From NCBI GenBank assembly GCA_965655095.1, contig OZ296650.1, positions 76,446,001 to 76,510,000 of the forward strand: a stretch of DNA of 64,000 nucleotides. The letters run 5' to 3'. Within the stretch, counting starts at the first letter, position 1. Each line of letters starts with the position of its first letter. Below, in pieces: positions 49,750 to 62,500 of this stretch. Made by a program: the position numbers and the translations under genes. The notes below the pieces were generated by a model. It worked only from the letters and a program-made list of their open reading frames with translations, was not told the DNA's origin and searched no databases. Source of the stretch: Haplodiscus bocki. Taxonomy: Eukaryota.

Positions 49750-52260
49750 TTTTTTTCACGGTTGAATAGAAAGATTGTTATATTTGAGTTCCTTTAGCCG
49801 GGAGCGTTTTTCCACATTATAATCCCTATTTTTCAAAATAACGCTCTATGAGAGATTTCGAAGTTGCTCAATGTTCAAAATGTTTTGCCCCTTATCTACC
49901 CATTCAATTTATTTATTTCGGGGCTTTATCTAAAGCCTCTTAGTCTGTAGACTGATTGAACTGATGTCAATTGTTCAGTTAACGCATCATATTTCATAGT
50001 TTTGTTCAAATTAATTCGGTTTGTCAGTGTCAAAATTTTCCTTTCCATAGTTCAATGATATCAAACATTAAATGGAAATTTTTGGCAAGCCATCAGTTGT
50101 TTAGTGAAACTTTATCTCTGTCGTATGTAAAAGAATTTGTGCCTGCGTTGGGTAATCCCTAGTCCGACTAGGACGAAAAAAACATCTGGTATTTACTTCT
50201 CTCCATACTGAAAACCGGCTGGATTTCTTGTCAATCAACAATTTTAACTTGCAGGTTATGCAATAATAATGTTTTCGGTTTGGCTCTTCGCACTGGAAAC
50301 TTGACAGGGTCAAAATGCCAAAAACTGTATACTTACGATTATTCTCGATGTTCAGGGTCATTATTTTCCCAAAACCAACGGCTAGATTTCTTCCATTGTC
50401 TCAACTGACAATTTCGACTTGTATAAGGTCAATCATCAATGGAATAGCGTAAGTTAAGTTCCTTGAATCGGAAACCTGATGGACAGAAATTGGGCGAAAG
50501 CGGGGAAGCTATGTTCCTTAACTTTCAAACCTGCTTTTCATTGAAAGTATAGGCTTCAGTTTTTCGATTAGGACGGAAATAGACAATTTTGTTACTTATG
50601 AACACTTGAATTATCGAATATAATTTCTGTCGTTACTTGAAACGAAACACTGAAACGCCGTATTTGCAAAAAAATTGCATACTGGTATGATTTGTTTGGA
50701 TTTTCAAAGTCGACAATTTAAAAATACCGGAATTGAAAGTCTCAGGGGCCTTGTAGAAGGCCAAAACTATATTCTTTCAATACGATACAAAAGCACTTTT
50801 CTATCACAGTATGGCGGAATGTTCCGTTGTTTTCAATGCAGTTGTTTTCAAAGTCGACTCTTCAAAAATACCGGAATTGAAAGTTTTCGGGCCCTTGTAG
50901 GAGGCCAAAAGTATAATCTTCCAATACGATACAAAAGCACTTTTTTATCACAGTATGGCGGAATGTTCCGTTGTTTTCAATGCAGAGGTTTTTTCAGTGC
51001 TTTAAGAAGTAGACAAGAAATAGCTAGTTTTTCGACTTCCAGAACTTCTGCTTTCTTGCCTGCTAATTCAGCTTTTTAGCTGAAGAAAATGCTTTAAAAT
51101 ATGATACTAGGGAGACATTTAGGAAAATTTTACCACCTAATGATGACCGAAAAACTTATGTTTAGTAAACTTGTGTTTTGTAGTGTATGTTTTCAAGTCG
51201 TCGAAAACTTGTTTTTTTTTGCTGTATTTCCTGGCTTCGATCACTTTTGCCTTCCAAATCAAATTTTTATTCACACATCCAGCATAATTGGATGCAAAGA
51301 AATTTGTTTTGAATTTTTTCTGGGAGTTCTCATTGTGTCATCCGATTTTGTTCTTTTGTTGCTTTAAATGTAGTCAAAAACAGCTAAACTTTGTGATAAA
51401 TCCTGGATTTTTGTCGTTTTGCCTTTTAAATTGGCTCTTCATCAACGAATACGTATAGTAGGGAAAACACACATGTGCTATTTTGCAATGAAACCACATT
51501 TGAGGGGTTTCAGCTTGATTCTTTTCGAAGTGTCTTCTTCTTGAGCGAAGAGGGAACTTCTTGCGTCGTAGTGTGTCTCTTTTTTGTTAAGCTTCGCAAG
51601 AACTCTATTCGCGTGTGTTAACGAAACACTCTTTCGCCCCTGTGTTGTACTTTAAACACCTATTGATTTATCGAATTTTGTGTTTCGTTACTTGCAACGG
51701 CATCCTGAATCCTGAAAGGCTGATGTTGCCAAGAATTAAATACTCGTATGATTCGTCTTTATATTCTAACTCGATCTTGTTCAGAACAACAATTTTTGTC
51801 TACTATGAAGATTTTGAAATATTGTTTTTGGATCCTTAACTGGAAATCTGCGGCCGGAATTTGTAAAAGTTGGATATAAGTATGATTAAGTTCGAAAAAT
51901 CATTTTGTTCCAAAACTGCAGGCTAGATTTCTTTCATAAAAGTCTCATTCGACAATTATATACCTTTAAAAAGTCACCATAAAAAAACAACCTGAGTTCG
52001 GTTACTTGAATTGGAAAGCTGATGGACCGAAATTGCCAATTGTGCAAATAGCTTTGATTTTTCACGGAATTCAAATTTATATTTCTTTTAACACTACCGC
52101 CTGGATTTCTATCCAGATCCCAATCTACCCGTGTCTTTGTAGAGAGTTTTGTTCAATAAACACAAAAACAAACCACTTGTAATTGTTTTTCTCCATGCTC
52201 AGTCTAATTTTTCTCCATAACTAACGGCTGGATTTCCACTCTCGATGTCACTGGGCAGTT
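49750..52260. repeat. Dispersed relic monomers of the array family between CCDC149 and EFHC2
   Basis: ggctagatttcttccat...ccttgaatcggaaacctgatggacagaa (50380-50508) and gcaggctagatttctttcat...cttgaattggaaagctgatggaccgaa (51918-52031) are homologous to each other and to the array consensus. Further anchors at ~50217, 50551 and 52098. Confidence 0.55.
50701..50985. repeat. 144 bp tandem duplication (2 copies)
   Basis: TTTTCAAAGTCGAC...GTTTTCAATGCAG at 50701 and 50845. It explains the internally repeated 134 aa ORF at 50675-51079. Confidence 0.95.
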
Positions 52261-53442
52261 TCATGTTTTGAGATTATTCAGAAAAATATCGCGGGCTGTT
52301 TATTTTGATTTGGAGGCCGAATAAATCAATAATACCAGAAACTGCATGAAAGCAATGGTGGAGAGGATATTTGAGGAAAACTTTTGAAAAATTGGATTCT
52401 AAACACTTCTCGGTAATCTTTCTAAACATTCGCAAAAGCTGACCATAAAACATGGGCGAAAAAGATGCAAGTGCTAGATGGCCGGCCGTCTTGCATTTCA
52501 TTCATCCGTTTTTGATTGACCGTTGGTGTTGCTGCTTGATGGCCAATTTGATGCGAGTTGATGATTTTTAGGAACATTTATTTTTAATCGTCATTTAGGT
52601 AATATCTTCGTGGAGTAGCTTTTGACAAGTTATGTATCCGTCTGAACAATGAAAAGTTGAAGGCTCTATCCTCCACCATTGCCGTGGCTCAAGTAGATGT
52701 TAGTACTCTTTCTTTTCTGTTGCCAATCCGTTGCTTAAGAAATTGCTTTCCACACTGCAGATATGACAGTTGCTTCACGCTTAACAGTCTAGAGCTCAAG
52801 AAACCCTTGGTTTCTGTTTTTGGTAAATGCCAACTTTTCCTCTCAAAATTTTCTGTTTGAGCGAACGTTTTCGAAAATTCTAAAAAAAAACGACTCCATT
52901 GAAAATTATCGAGACTATTTTGGGAGATGCGTGATTTTTTTCACAAATTTATTTTTTTGGAATCATTTCGATGTCACATTCATAGAAAAATTTTTGTTTA
53001 ATTTCGAGTGCTTGTTTTAATTTATCAGAAGAATCGACTTCTGAATAAATAATCAGCTATTTTCCGAGAAGTTCCAATTTTGTTTAAACAATTTCAAGAT
53101 TGGCTGAAAATTTCGATTCTAATTTTATTCTGAAGTAGAAAAAGGCACTACAGCGCATGTACTTTGAGCTGACCCTGAATTTTACGAGACATGTTCTAAA
53201 CTCATCCATATGCCAAGCCTGGCTAGAATTATTTTGAAAACTTCGAAATGTTGAACATTGTATTGGCAAACATCAAGTGAATTTGAAAAAACTTCAAATG
53301 AGGCCGCTGTTTGATTTCTAAGGGAATAATATACAGATACCACCCCTGATTGATTTAATGCAGTATGATAGTTTTGTAGTAGCTGACTTCTGACCGACCG
53401 ACTGACAGTTGCTGGTAGTACAATAACTTATAGACGGCTACT

Positions 53443-53529
53443 TTACTTGAAGAGATCGCCCATTAAGGTCTCGTAGTTCACGTACTTCACAACCTCGTTC
53501 TCGCTGGCACCCGACCATTCGGCATCAAA
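53443..53529 (-). CDS. EFHC2: EFHC2 terminal coding exon (absent from the ORF track)
   Basis: attgacag|TTT acceptor; FDAEWSGASENEVVKYVNYETLMGDLFK; TAA at 53445-53443. Confidence 0.87.
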   Translation of the reverse strand, partial: FDAEWSGASENEVVKYVNYETLMGDLFK

Positions 53530-56500
53530 CTGTCAATATAACGTGCAATTCAGGTGAACACATTCCTAATTACAGTCCCCGAATCCTTCTTCCTTTCTCC
53601 ATACGATGTATTTTTTCGAAATTTTCAATTTTATCTTTGCCATTATTATTGAACATTTCTTTGTCAAAAAAACCTTCGGAATTTTTTTTTGTCTATTTGA
53701 AATTCAATTAGAATGATAATTTGGCAATGTGGGGAGAATAAAAATCCCCATTCCCAAAATCTATCGAAAGGAATGAGTAGTTCCCCCCTCGGAGTAATTA
53801 TGATCAAAACAAAGGTTGTAGCTCAAAATTAGAAACTATGTATGACACATACTAGAACTCTCTTGGCACGTGCACTTCCAATTGTTTCGCTTAATTTTTT
53901 ATTGTGTAAAAATAATGTCTTCGACCACAAAATCCTAATTAAGTTGAAATAATTGGAATGATACCACATTAATTGTCATAACATCTGAACTCCATAAATG
54001 CTCCTAGATCCCATTTCTGGTTTTTGAATGACTTTAGTAAAAAATAAAATTATAAGACCAATAATTTTGGGATTTTTCCAGGTAAGGTATCAATTCTTGG
54101 TATCATTTTGCAATGGCATGATTTGCAGCCTGTTCTAGTGATCGAATATTGCTTCCAAAAGTTCAAATGCTGAGAATGAACGTCATCGATCATTAGATTA
54201 AAAAAAAAAGCAGGCAGTAGAAGAAATGGTTTTCATTTCCGAACTGAGTTTCCCCAATTCTAGAAGCACTGACAAGTGCACAAAATTCGAAGTTGCAATT
54301 TTCCTGTGCAGAAATTTGATCTAAGAAAATCACCTGCTGCTGAGGATAAGATTGAGCACAGTGGGGGTTGTACTTACTCTAAGTACTGATGGAATGTTAC
54401 TGGAAATAGGTATGGGATAGTCTCGCCAGTTGATTTCCATTAGGAACTGTTCGTAGGGTAGCATTGCAGCAGAGTCGATCAACCTGAATAAAGTGTTAAA
54501 AATAAACTCATCAAAGCACAAATTTTCAGATTCGAATATCACAAAAACCATTAAGATTTTCAAAAAATGCCCTTCCCAAAATTTTCTTGGAATTTTACCT
54601 AGTTTACAATCGTTTTTATTGGAAACGTCTACGGTCGGAATTTCAAAAGTCACAAATAGCCATTTTTGGGCAATTTTGGCTCAAATTGGCAGTTTTCTCC
54701 ATTTTTGATCCACTTAAAAAAGTTTTCCGGCAAAGTTCACATCCAAAAAATTCCCCTGAAAATCCTGAAGCCACTGATATGTTTTGAATCAGAAGCTAAT
54801 TTGAAATGGTAAGAAAATCGAGATTCCAAAATAGCGATTTTTCAATTTACATGTTTCAACATAGGATTTTGAAATTTGCAAATTTACAGTAAGTTTCTAC
54901 ATAACTTTGCTATTAAAAAGTATCAGTGGCTTCAGGAGATTTTTTTGGGGAAAAATTTTCCGAAAAGTATTGTATAACACACTCAAAATTAGGCAAAGGT
55001 GCAAAATCAATAGAAAGTGGACCAAAAATGTTTGCGTAGTTATTTTATTTTAATTAGCCGATGAGATTTCTATTAGGTCTATTTTCAGATTTTTGATGCG
55101 TTTGTTTTTAAGACGATTGTAATTTGTTACAGCGTTTCATGTTTCATATGTCTAGACGTCCGTAACATTTTTTCGATTATTTGAGATTTTGAATTGGACG
55201 GGTATGACTTGAGCATGTTATGATTTTGCTCATAAAAAAATAGTTGTGAGGTTTGTCTACTGATAAGCATAAAAAAGATAGATTATGTACCTAGACAGGT
55301 AATGAGAGAGTAGATCCACTGCGACATGAATGTGCATCGCTATGCAAGTCTTTCTCACTTCAGCTGCTTGTAATTTTCCAGTTCTGAAATAAAGACGAAA
55401 TGACGTATTTAATCATCATTCCTCTAAATGGAGATTATGCCTCTAATCGAAGTACATCAGGAACATATTTGAATAATTACTTCTCGGGATCTCTCAACAT
55501 CAATGCTTTTCGCAGCTCATCGAAGTTCTCAAAATTAGCTTTTCTCAGACTCTCTTGAACAGCGGCTCGGAGCACGTCGGTGGGAATGCCGTATGAGGCT
55601 CGAGTACCGTAATATCGGGCTAGAGTTATGATTTCGGCCTCTGTTAGCATGCTTCCAGTTCCACCCAGGAGAACGTCTCTAAAATCAATCTTTAAGTGAT
55701 AATTTTAGTGATAAGACAGTGAAGGCGAGCTAAATTCTTCGTACTCTTGATATTGGCTGCTGAATGTTGACCTAAACTGCATTTGCTAGATGGGATAGAA
55801 AAGTTGTGGTCCCGTTTTGTGATACCACCTCTTGCATTCTTTAAACCTCATGGGCCGCGTCGACTTTGTCTTCCCAGTCGTTTTCTGATGAAGAAGCCGC
55901 GGACGGCCGAAGTCAGCGCTCCCCGTAAGACTTAAAAGACTTTTAAAGGAGTCTGATGTCTTGAATTATTTTCGTTTTTGTTGGGACAACGTTGTTCTCG
56001 TGAAGGGGGGTATCATTAAATGTTTAGCACAAGCCCAAGATATTGTTTCACATTTTTTTCTCGTAAATGCTAGGGAGAGGTATTTATGCTTCAGAAAAAG
56101 TTATAAAATGTAAAGCTGGTTATTTCTAATTTTTTTTTGGTGTCTGGCTTTCCGAAAGTTTTCCGATAAATGCAATGGAGGTATCACGATTTTTTTATTT
56201 GAGGTTTAAAAAGTACATTAAAATTTGTAGTTTCGGATGCTCCAATTTGTGCCATTTTGTAAAAAGTGGATCGATCCGAAAGCGCCGGTTGTCTGTCCGA
56301 AGAATAAAGCAAAAATTGACTGTAATAGACGGCCTCTTCTCAAAAAGTAAAGCGCCGACTAAAAAGTGCCCAAAAACTAAAGTGGGCTTTGTTTTCTCGA
56401 AGAGAATCTGCGCACAATCATTCAACAGGTCTGTATGGCTTCTTAATACCTTCATGGGAGGAAGGACAAGAGGGCACTCAAAATGGATAACTACGGAACC

Positions 56501-59500
56501 TCATACGCGGTTACATATCATGCCCAATGCCAAAATACCTAATGCCAAAATACCCAATGTGCCATAATGCCCAATGCCAAAATACCCAATGTGACATAAT
56601 ACCCAATGCCATAATACCCAATGTGACATAATACCCAATGCCATAATACCCAATGCCAAAATACCCGATGTGACATAATACCCAATGCCAAAATACCCAA
56701 TGTGACATAATACCCAATGCCATAATACCCAATGTGACATAATACCCAATGCCATAATACCCAATGCCAAAATACCCAATGTGACATAATACCCAATGCC
56801 AAATTACCCAATGTGACATAATACCCAATGCCAAAATACCCAATGTGACATAATACCCAATGCCATAATACCCAATGCCAAAATACTTAATGCCGAAATA
56901 CCCAGTGTGACATAATACCCAATGCCATAATACCTATTGTGACATAAAACCCTATATCACAATACCGCATGCTATAATAGTTAAAAGTAAAATATAATTG
57001 TTCGTTAATTAGTACTTAAATAATTACCAACGTCTCAGTATTTTCTCCAAGAATGTAATTTGAATTAGGTCTTAATGATATCAATAAATTAAAGGATGTC
57101 AATAAACATGTTTTTGAAAAATGCTGGATTTCGGAACGAAAATGGGTAAACACAATTTTCATTGGTCTCGTGGTGCCGAAAATTTTTCATAGGGGAGTCT
57201 TTACTACATTCCATATACCGAGGAAACCACGAGCTTAAGATGTCTGGTTTTAACCTTTTCGAAAAGTTCCCGTATATGGAAGTAGATAATACACAAAAAT
57301 TTTTGAACCGATGATTCCAATTTTTTTCCAGAACACAAAGGTAAAAGTTTCTCTACTTGGACAGATGCAAGTGATAGTATTTAATATGGATTTGATAATA
57401 TAAAAATATCGAGAACAGGAAACCTGTCTGAAAGAAAATCTTTAGACCAAATTTCGTATTTCTCTTCCCAAAAATCTTCAAAAACAATTAAAACTCTTTT
57501 CAAAAGTCCTAAAATTTTTCTCTTTTGTGATTTTAACACTGGAGTATTTTTGACCTGTAATCAAATATTTAAATTGTGTGAGAAAATACTAGACGCTGGT
57601 AATTACTCATTTGATAGATAAAAAGATTACTATTTAATTTTGGGTATTTTTTAACATGGGTATTATGGAATTGGGTATTGTGACTTATTGGGTAATATGG
57701 CATTGGGTATTATGTCCTGACACCCTCATACAGAACCATCAAAAATTTTTGAATTACAAGCACTATTTTTTGTCATACCACCTCGTATAACAGAAATTTG
57801 GCGCCGGTCTTGTTAGGCGGTCTGCATTTTACGAATGTACGGAATTCATCTGACGATGAAAGCTTGGTCAATAATATTTGAGATTGAACTTTGGGCGCAC
57901 CGGAACGAAAGCACTGCTTCGCTTGATAACAAATTTTTGTGCTACGCATATTAGACTGGCACCCAAAATTTTTCCTGCGAGGTACAAACGAAAAGTGAGC
58001 GTGCCTGAATGAGTTGAAAATGAGAGAACCAGAGCCTTTAGAATCCTTTGCCTTGAACAGTGAAATTGCATCGTCTTTAGACTTCTGTCCCAAAACTCCT
58101 TTCAGTTTGTAGAGAACCATGTCAATGTTGGATTGTGACCACTAAAAAGCACCCACTTATTCATACACATTATGCAAACAGCCTTAAATCCTATCCTATC
58201 TTTTATATAAAATGGAGACAGTATCTCGGTTTTTCAAAACAGTCAAAATCTTTCTCACGTCGATTCTTGCCGAAAGACCGAATCAAGCAAGTGAATATAG
58301 CGAGCCAATAAAAAGCGAGTAAATGAAACTCAGTGATTGTGTTTCGGTTATGGTGTCATGATGATCATGCCGAATGAAGAGAGCGAGGGAGGTCATCAAG
58401 TCCGCTACATTCACTCGCCTGCTTTAGTCATTCAGCGTGATAATAATGACTTCGAAGCCGAAAAAAACTTTAACGAATCTTTAAATTGTCTTGGACAGAT
58501 TGAAAATTTGCCGATATGACAGAAGGATTTGCTAGTACAATTAATCTAAGTTTGACCAGGACTATCGGAAAAATTTTATTATCAAGGTCCAATGGTTGAT
58601 TGCTAGTTACACCTTCGCAATCATTTGCTTCAATGTTTAACGGCATGATCGTATTTTATGTAGCGTTGCTTAAAATCCCAAGAATTTCTTGCAAGTACTT
58701 ATTGTACTGCCAGAGATGGGAGTCGGTTCTTACTTCATTGGAGTGTTTCTCCATGTAATTGTAAGTGTATTCGTCAGCATCAACAAGGTAGAAGGGGAAA
58801 TTTTGAATGTTGACTGTGGCCCCGACAAACAAGTCAGGTGCCACGAAGAAATCTGGGGTATTGGAACTGAATTTGTCCTGCCCAGGTTTCTCTTGGCGAT
58901 CCCTTTCCATGAATTTGCCTGGAGTGATTCCAGAGTTGTGGCGAAGTGGCTCAAAAACGGAAATGGTGTCATCGGACAAGAAGTAGGACATAATGAATCT
59001 CCTGTCTTTATCAATCTTGCTTTTCGTTAGTAAGACGGCTGCAAATCTCAAGATGTTACTTTCGAGACCGTTTCTGAAACAATTTCATTTGGTAAAATTG
59101 ATAAAAATGAAGTGTTTCTCTAGAAAAATTACTTGTTTGTATTTAATGCTGATAATCAGATGAGGCGAATAAAATTGAATCTCAGGGATGCTCTAGTGAT
59201 CATTTCAATGATTTGTACCTTTGAATTCTTTAATGGAAATTTTTAACTGTACCTGTCTTTTTCCATGAACTTCATGAAATCCTTTCTGGGAGGTTTTGGC
59301 ATCAAAGAATCACAGTTGCCCAGAGAGTCTTCATAAGAGCCGAATCCATTGTAAGGAGGAACTTCTCTTTCGGGCAGTGGGAATCTGGGTCGATCAACTT
59401 TAATCTCTTTAAATTCGGCTGAAAACAACTTCGCAGTTTTTAGTCATCTTTACAGGTCTCAGTTTTTGATGCCGTTGTTTTGCTCCGTCCACCGAAAATG

Positions 59501-62500
59501 TTTTGTGGCAAGTTGTTGTTCTTATTCAGGGCTTAGATTCAAAAAGTCAATTAGAAGTCTTTTATGATATGATGCTAATCTCTAACATAATTTATGTCGC
59601 AATTTTAAACCGAAAATTCTCAAAGTCTCAGCAGTGAAATTTTGTTTTGATACCTCACTCAGCATCTATCTCTATTAAATTTTCTAAGAACCCAGGTACC
59701 AAAAAGGTACGGATGGTCAGCGTCAACTGCTAGTTTTCTATATGTTCTTTTGTCTGACATGAAACTGAGATGTTCTTTCCTTGGTAGACAGTATTGGTTT
59801 TCATCATATCGGAATTCAAGATTTTCACTTTAATTTAACTTCAAAACTAGGGTTCCGTAATACGTGTCCTTAAAACAAACAATCCAAGAATGCCTTGAGT
59901 CGGGGCCGGTCGTAAAGCTCAAAATACATGTTGAGGGAAGCCCATGATGTTTTGAATAGTTTTGGAAATTTCAGTATACTTGAGAGAAAAACTGGAATCC
60001 CTCGAAGTCGACCAACATTCCAACAATATTTTCGGTCACCTTACCGATGGCGTTGGCTGACCGAAAGTATACCCGAGTTCTGTTATCTTTTTTTTTCTAC
60101 AATTGGAGTTTGGCACTTATCCAATTAACACAGCCAAAAAGCATACTGACAAAGATTCCGTATAATCGGGGATTTTTTTTAGATGTTTGACTTTTCGATG
60201 TCAGGTCATTTCTTCCGATGCAACTTTAACTGTTCGCTATTCTAACCAACCTGCAATTTCAACCTATTACAACTTCGACCTAATCAAGAGAATTACGTGT
60301 TGAAAGATGATTGATCGTTGATTAATGTTAACTATTCGCTCTCGTTGTTCATTATTTCAATTGTCAACGATAAAATTTTCGACTGTTGAATTAGCTGATA
60401 TTGTTTAGAAGAGAAAACGTCCGAACTTTTTTCCAAGTCAGCCTATTTGCAATTTGTCAATTATCAGTTCCTTCAATCAAAGTGTGAAAGTGTCCATTTT
60501 AAGTTCAGATCAAAAACAAATGTCCAGACTTGATAGGTGGTGAGGCATAAAAAAAGGTAAGCAGAAAGATCTTCCAGTTTCCAGCTCTGAAAAAGGCTGA
60601 TGTTTGTCAACAATATGTTCGCACGATCTCAAAATTTTTGGAGCCCTTTGTAAATTATTTCAACTGTTGACATGTGTTGCAAACATCAAATCGACTACTG
60701 CATTACTTCGGCCGAAAAAGCCTAGACAACTTTCATAATCTTTGTTCGAAGTTGTAATTCAACACTCTGTTTTTCAATTTTGATGATTGATAAACAAACA
60801 GATAAACTAAGATAACTTGAGAGATGTTCCGACATCTTATTAACCAATGTCGGATAATTTGAAAGTCGAAAATTTTGATACGTACTTATTTCATGGTTAA
60901 GCAATGACCGAAACGAAACAATATTCATTTGATGCGTGAAATAATTGTTTAAAATTTCGAAAATTGACAAGTGAAGCAAGAAGTTTTTGGAGCATTTTCA
61001 CATCTTGTTCACCCATATCAGCTGTCTCAAGAGGTAAAATCTTAAACATGGATTGTTTTTGAGTCATCTAGTATGTCAAAATTGAGAAGGTCGACGAAAA
61101 TTGCAGCGTTTTCCAAAATCATGCTAGTACTGTTTTAATGATGCATAATTGATTCTTTTGATCTCAAGCGTCTTGGTATTTAAGAGAGCGTAATAGTTTT
61201 AAAATTAATTAAAAAGGTCGAAATTGCAGTGTTTCGAAATTGCAGTGGGTTGAAATTGCAGTGGGTTGAAATTCCAGTAGGTTTACAGTGTGCGGGTTGA
61301 AATTGTTTAAGGCGAAATGACATGTACCCACGTTTGTTACTGGTTGGAAAGAACAGAAAAATGCAAACTGTAAAATTTGATCATTTCGAAGTAAGGTGTG
61401 TTCTCTCACGAAAAAAGTGACCCTATTATCTTTAGTTTTAGAGAAGCGCTTAAAAGTTGCTAAAAAAGAGAAGCGCTAAAAAAGGAATTTGCATCGGAGT
61501 AGTGTCGCAATAATAAACTTCATTCAATTCTTAAAATTTAAGAAACTGATGGAAATTCTTGAGAACTTGCAGGTGTTGTGAAAGAAAACTTACTTCCATA
61601 TTTAGTCTTGTAATACTGTTTTGTGAATTCGTCGCAGTCACAGATCAGCATTTTTCTTCCCCAAACATTGATGATTGCTCCCACGCTAAGGTCAGCGTCC
61701 GTATAGAAATCTTGTTTCAGGGCACCGCTTTTGAGACTGTCCAAGATGTATCGTCCACCCTTACCCATTGGACCAAATACATTCAGAACAGTTCTGTCAG
61801 TTTTCTTTCCAGGAAGAGGCAATCCTCCGACAAGCTGAAATAGCGACATTAAGGGTTCCAAAAAATAATGGAAAATATCAGGGGAGCATTGCTAAATGCC
61901 CAAGTCGTCCCTTCCAATACGAATTGAGAAAATGAAGCTACAGATACGGGATGAATTTTTGAACGTCCAAAAGTAAACGAGTGTTTTGTACAGATATAAT
62001 TGAGCTAGTGGGGTGAAATTTGGCCACATGTAGGAATTGGCCGTCTTTGTGATTTTTGGAGCAAAATTCAAGCGATCGAAACCAAAAACTCTCGCTCTTC
62101 CCGAAAACAGCATTTTTCGATTTATCACTCAAAAATCGCCCTGAAATTGCTGTAAACTAACCTCTTTCATAGGTAACATTTATTCTAAACTCAAAAACTA
62201 GTTACACGGGCTCCAAGAATTGAACCTCAACAATTTTCAAATACGGTTTTGATTTTGATCCGTTCCGATCCCCCTAAGTCATACCAAAAAGATCATTTTT
62301 CTCGGACACTTCAAAACTCAAAAGAGGAAGTCACTTTTCAAGAAAATTAAAAAGTTCATGGCTTCTAAGCGTTTCCTCATCTGGCAAAGTTTTTCCTCGA
62401 AAAAAAACCACTTTCTGCCCGGATTTAGTTGTTTTTGGGGAATTTTTCTCGGTTTTTCTTTGGAGAAATTTTAGTATTTCAAGAACTGAATGAAGAAAAG

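Noticed and set aside
50675-51079. 134 aa ORF with an internal repeat as a gene
   Set aside because: It is explained by the 144 bp duplication, starts at TTG and has no recognisable domain.
56175-56843. Gly/His/Trp-rich repetitive ORFs
   Set aside because: They are translations of the intronic minisatellite in several frames.
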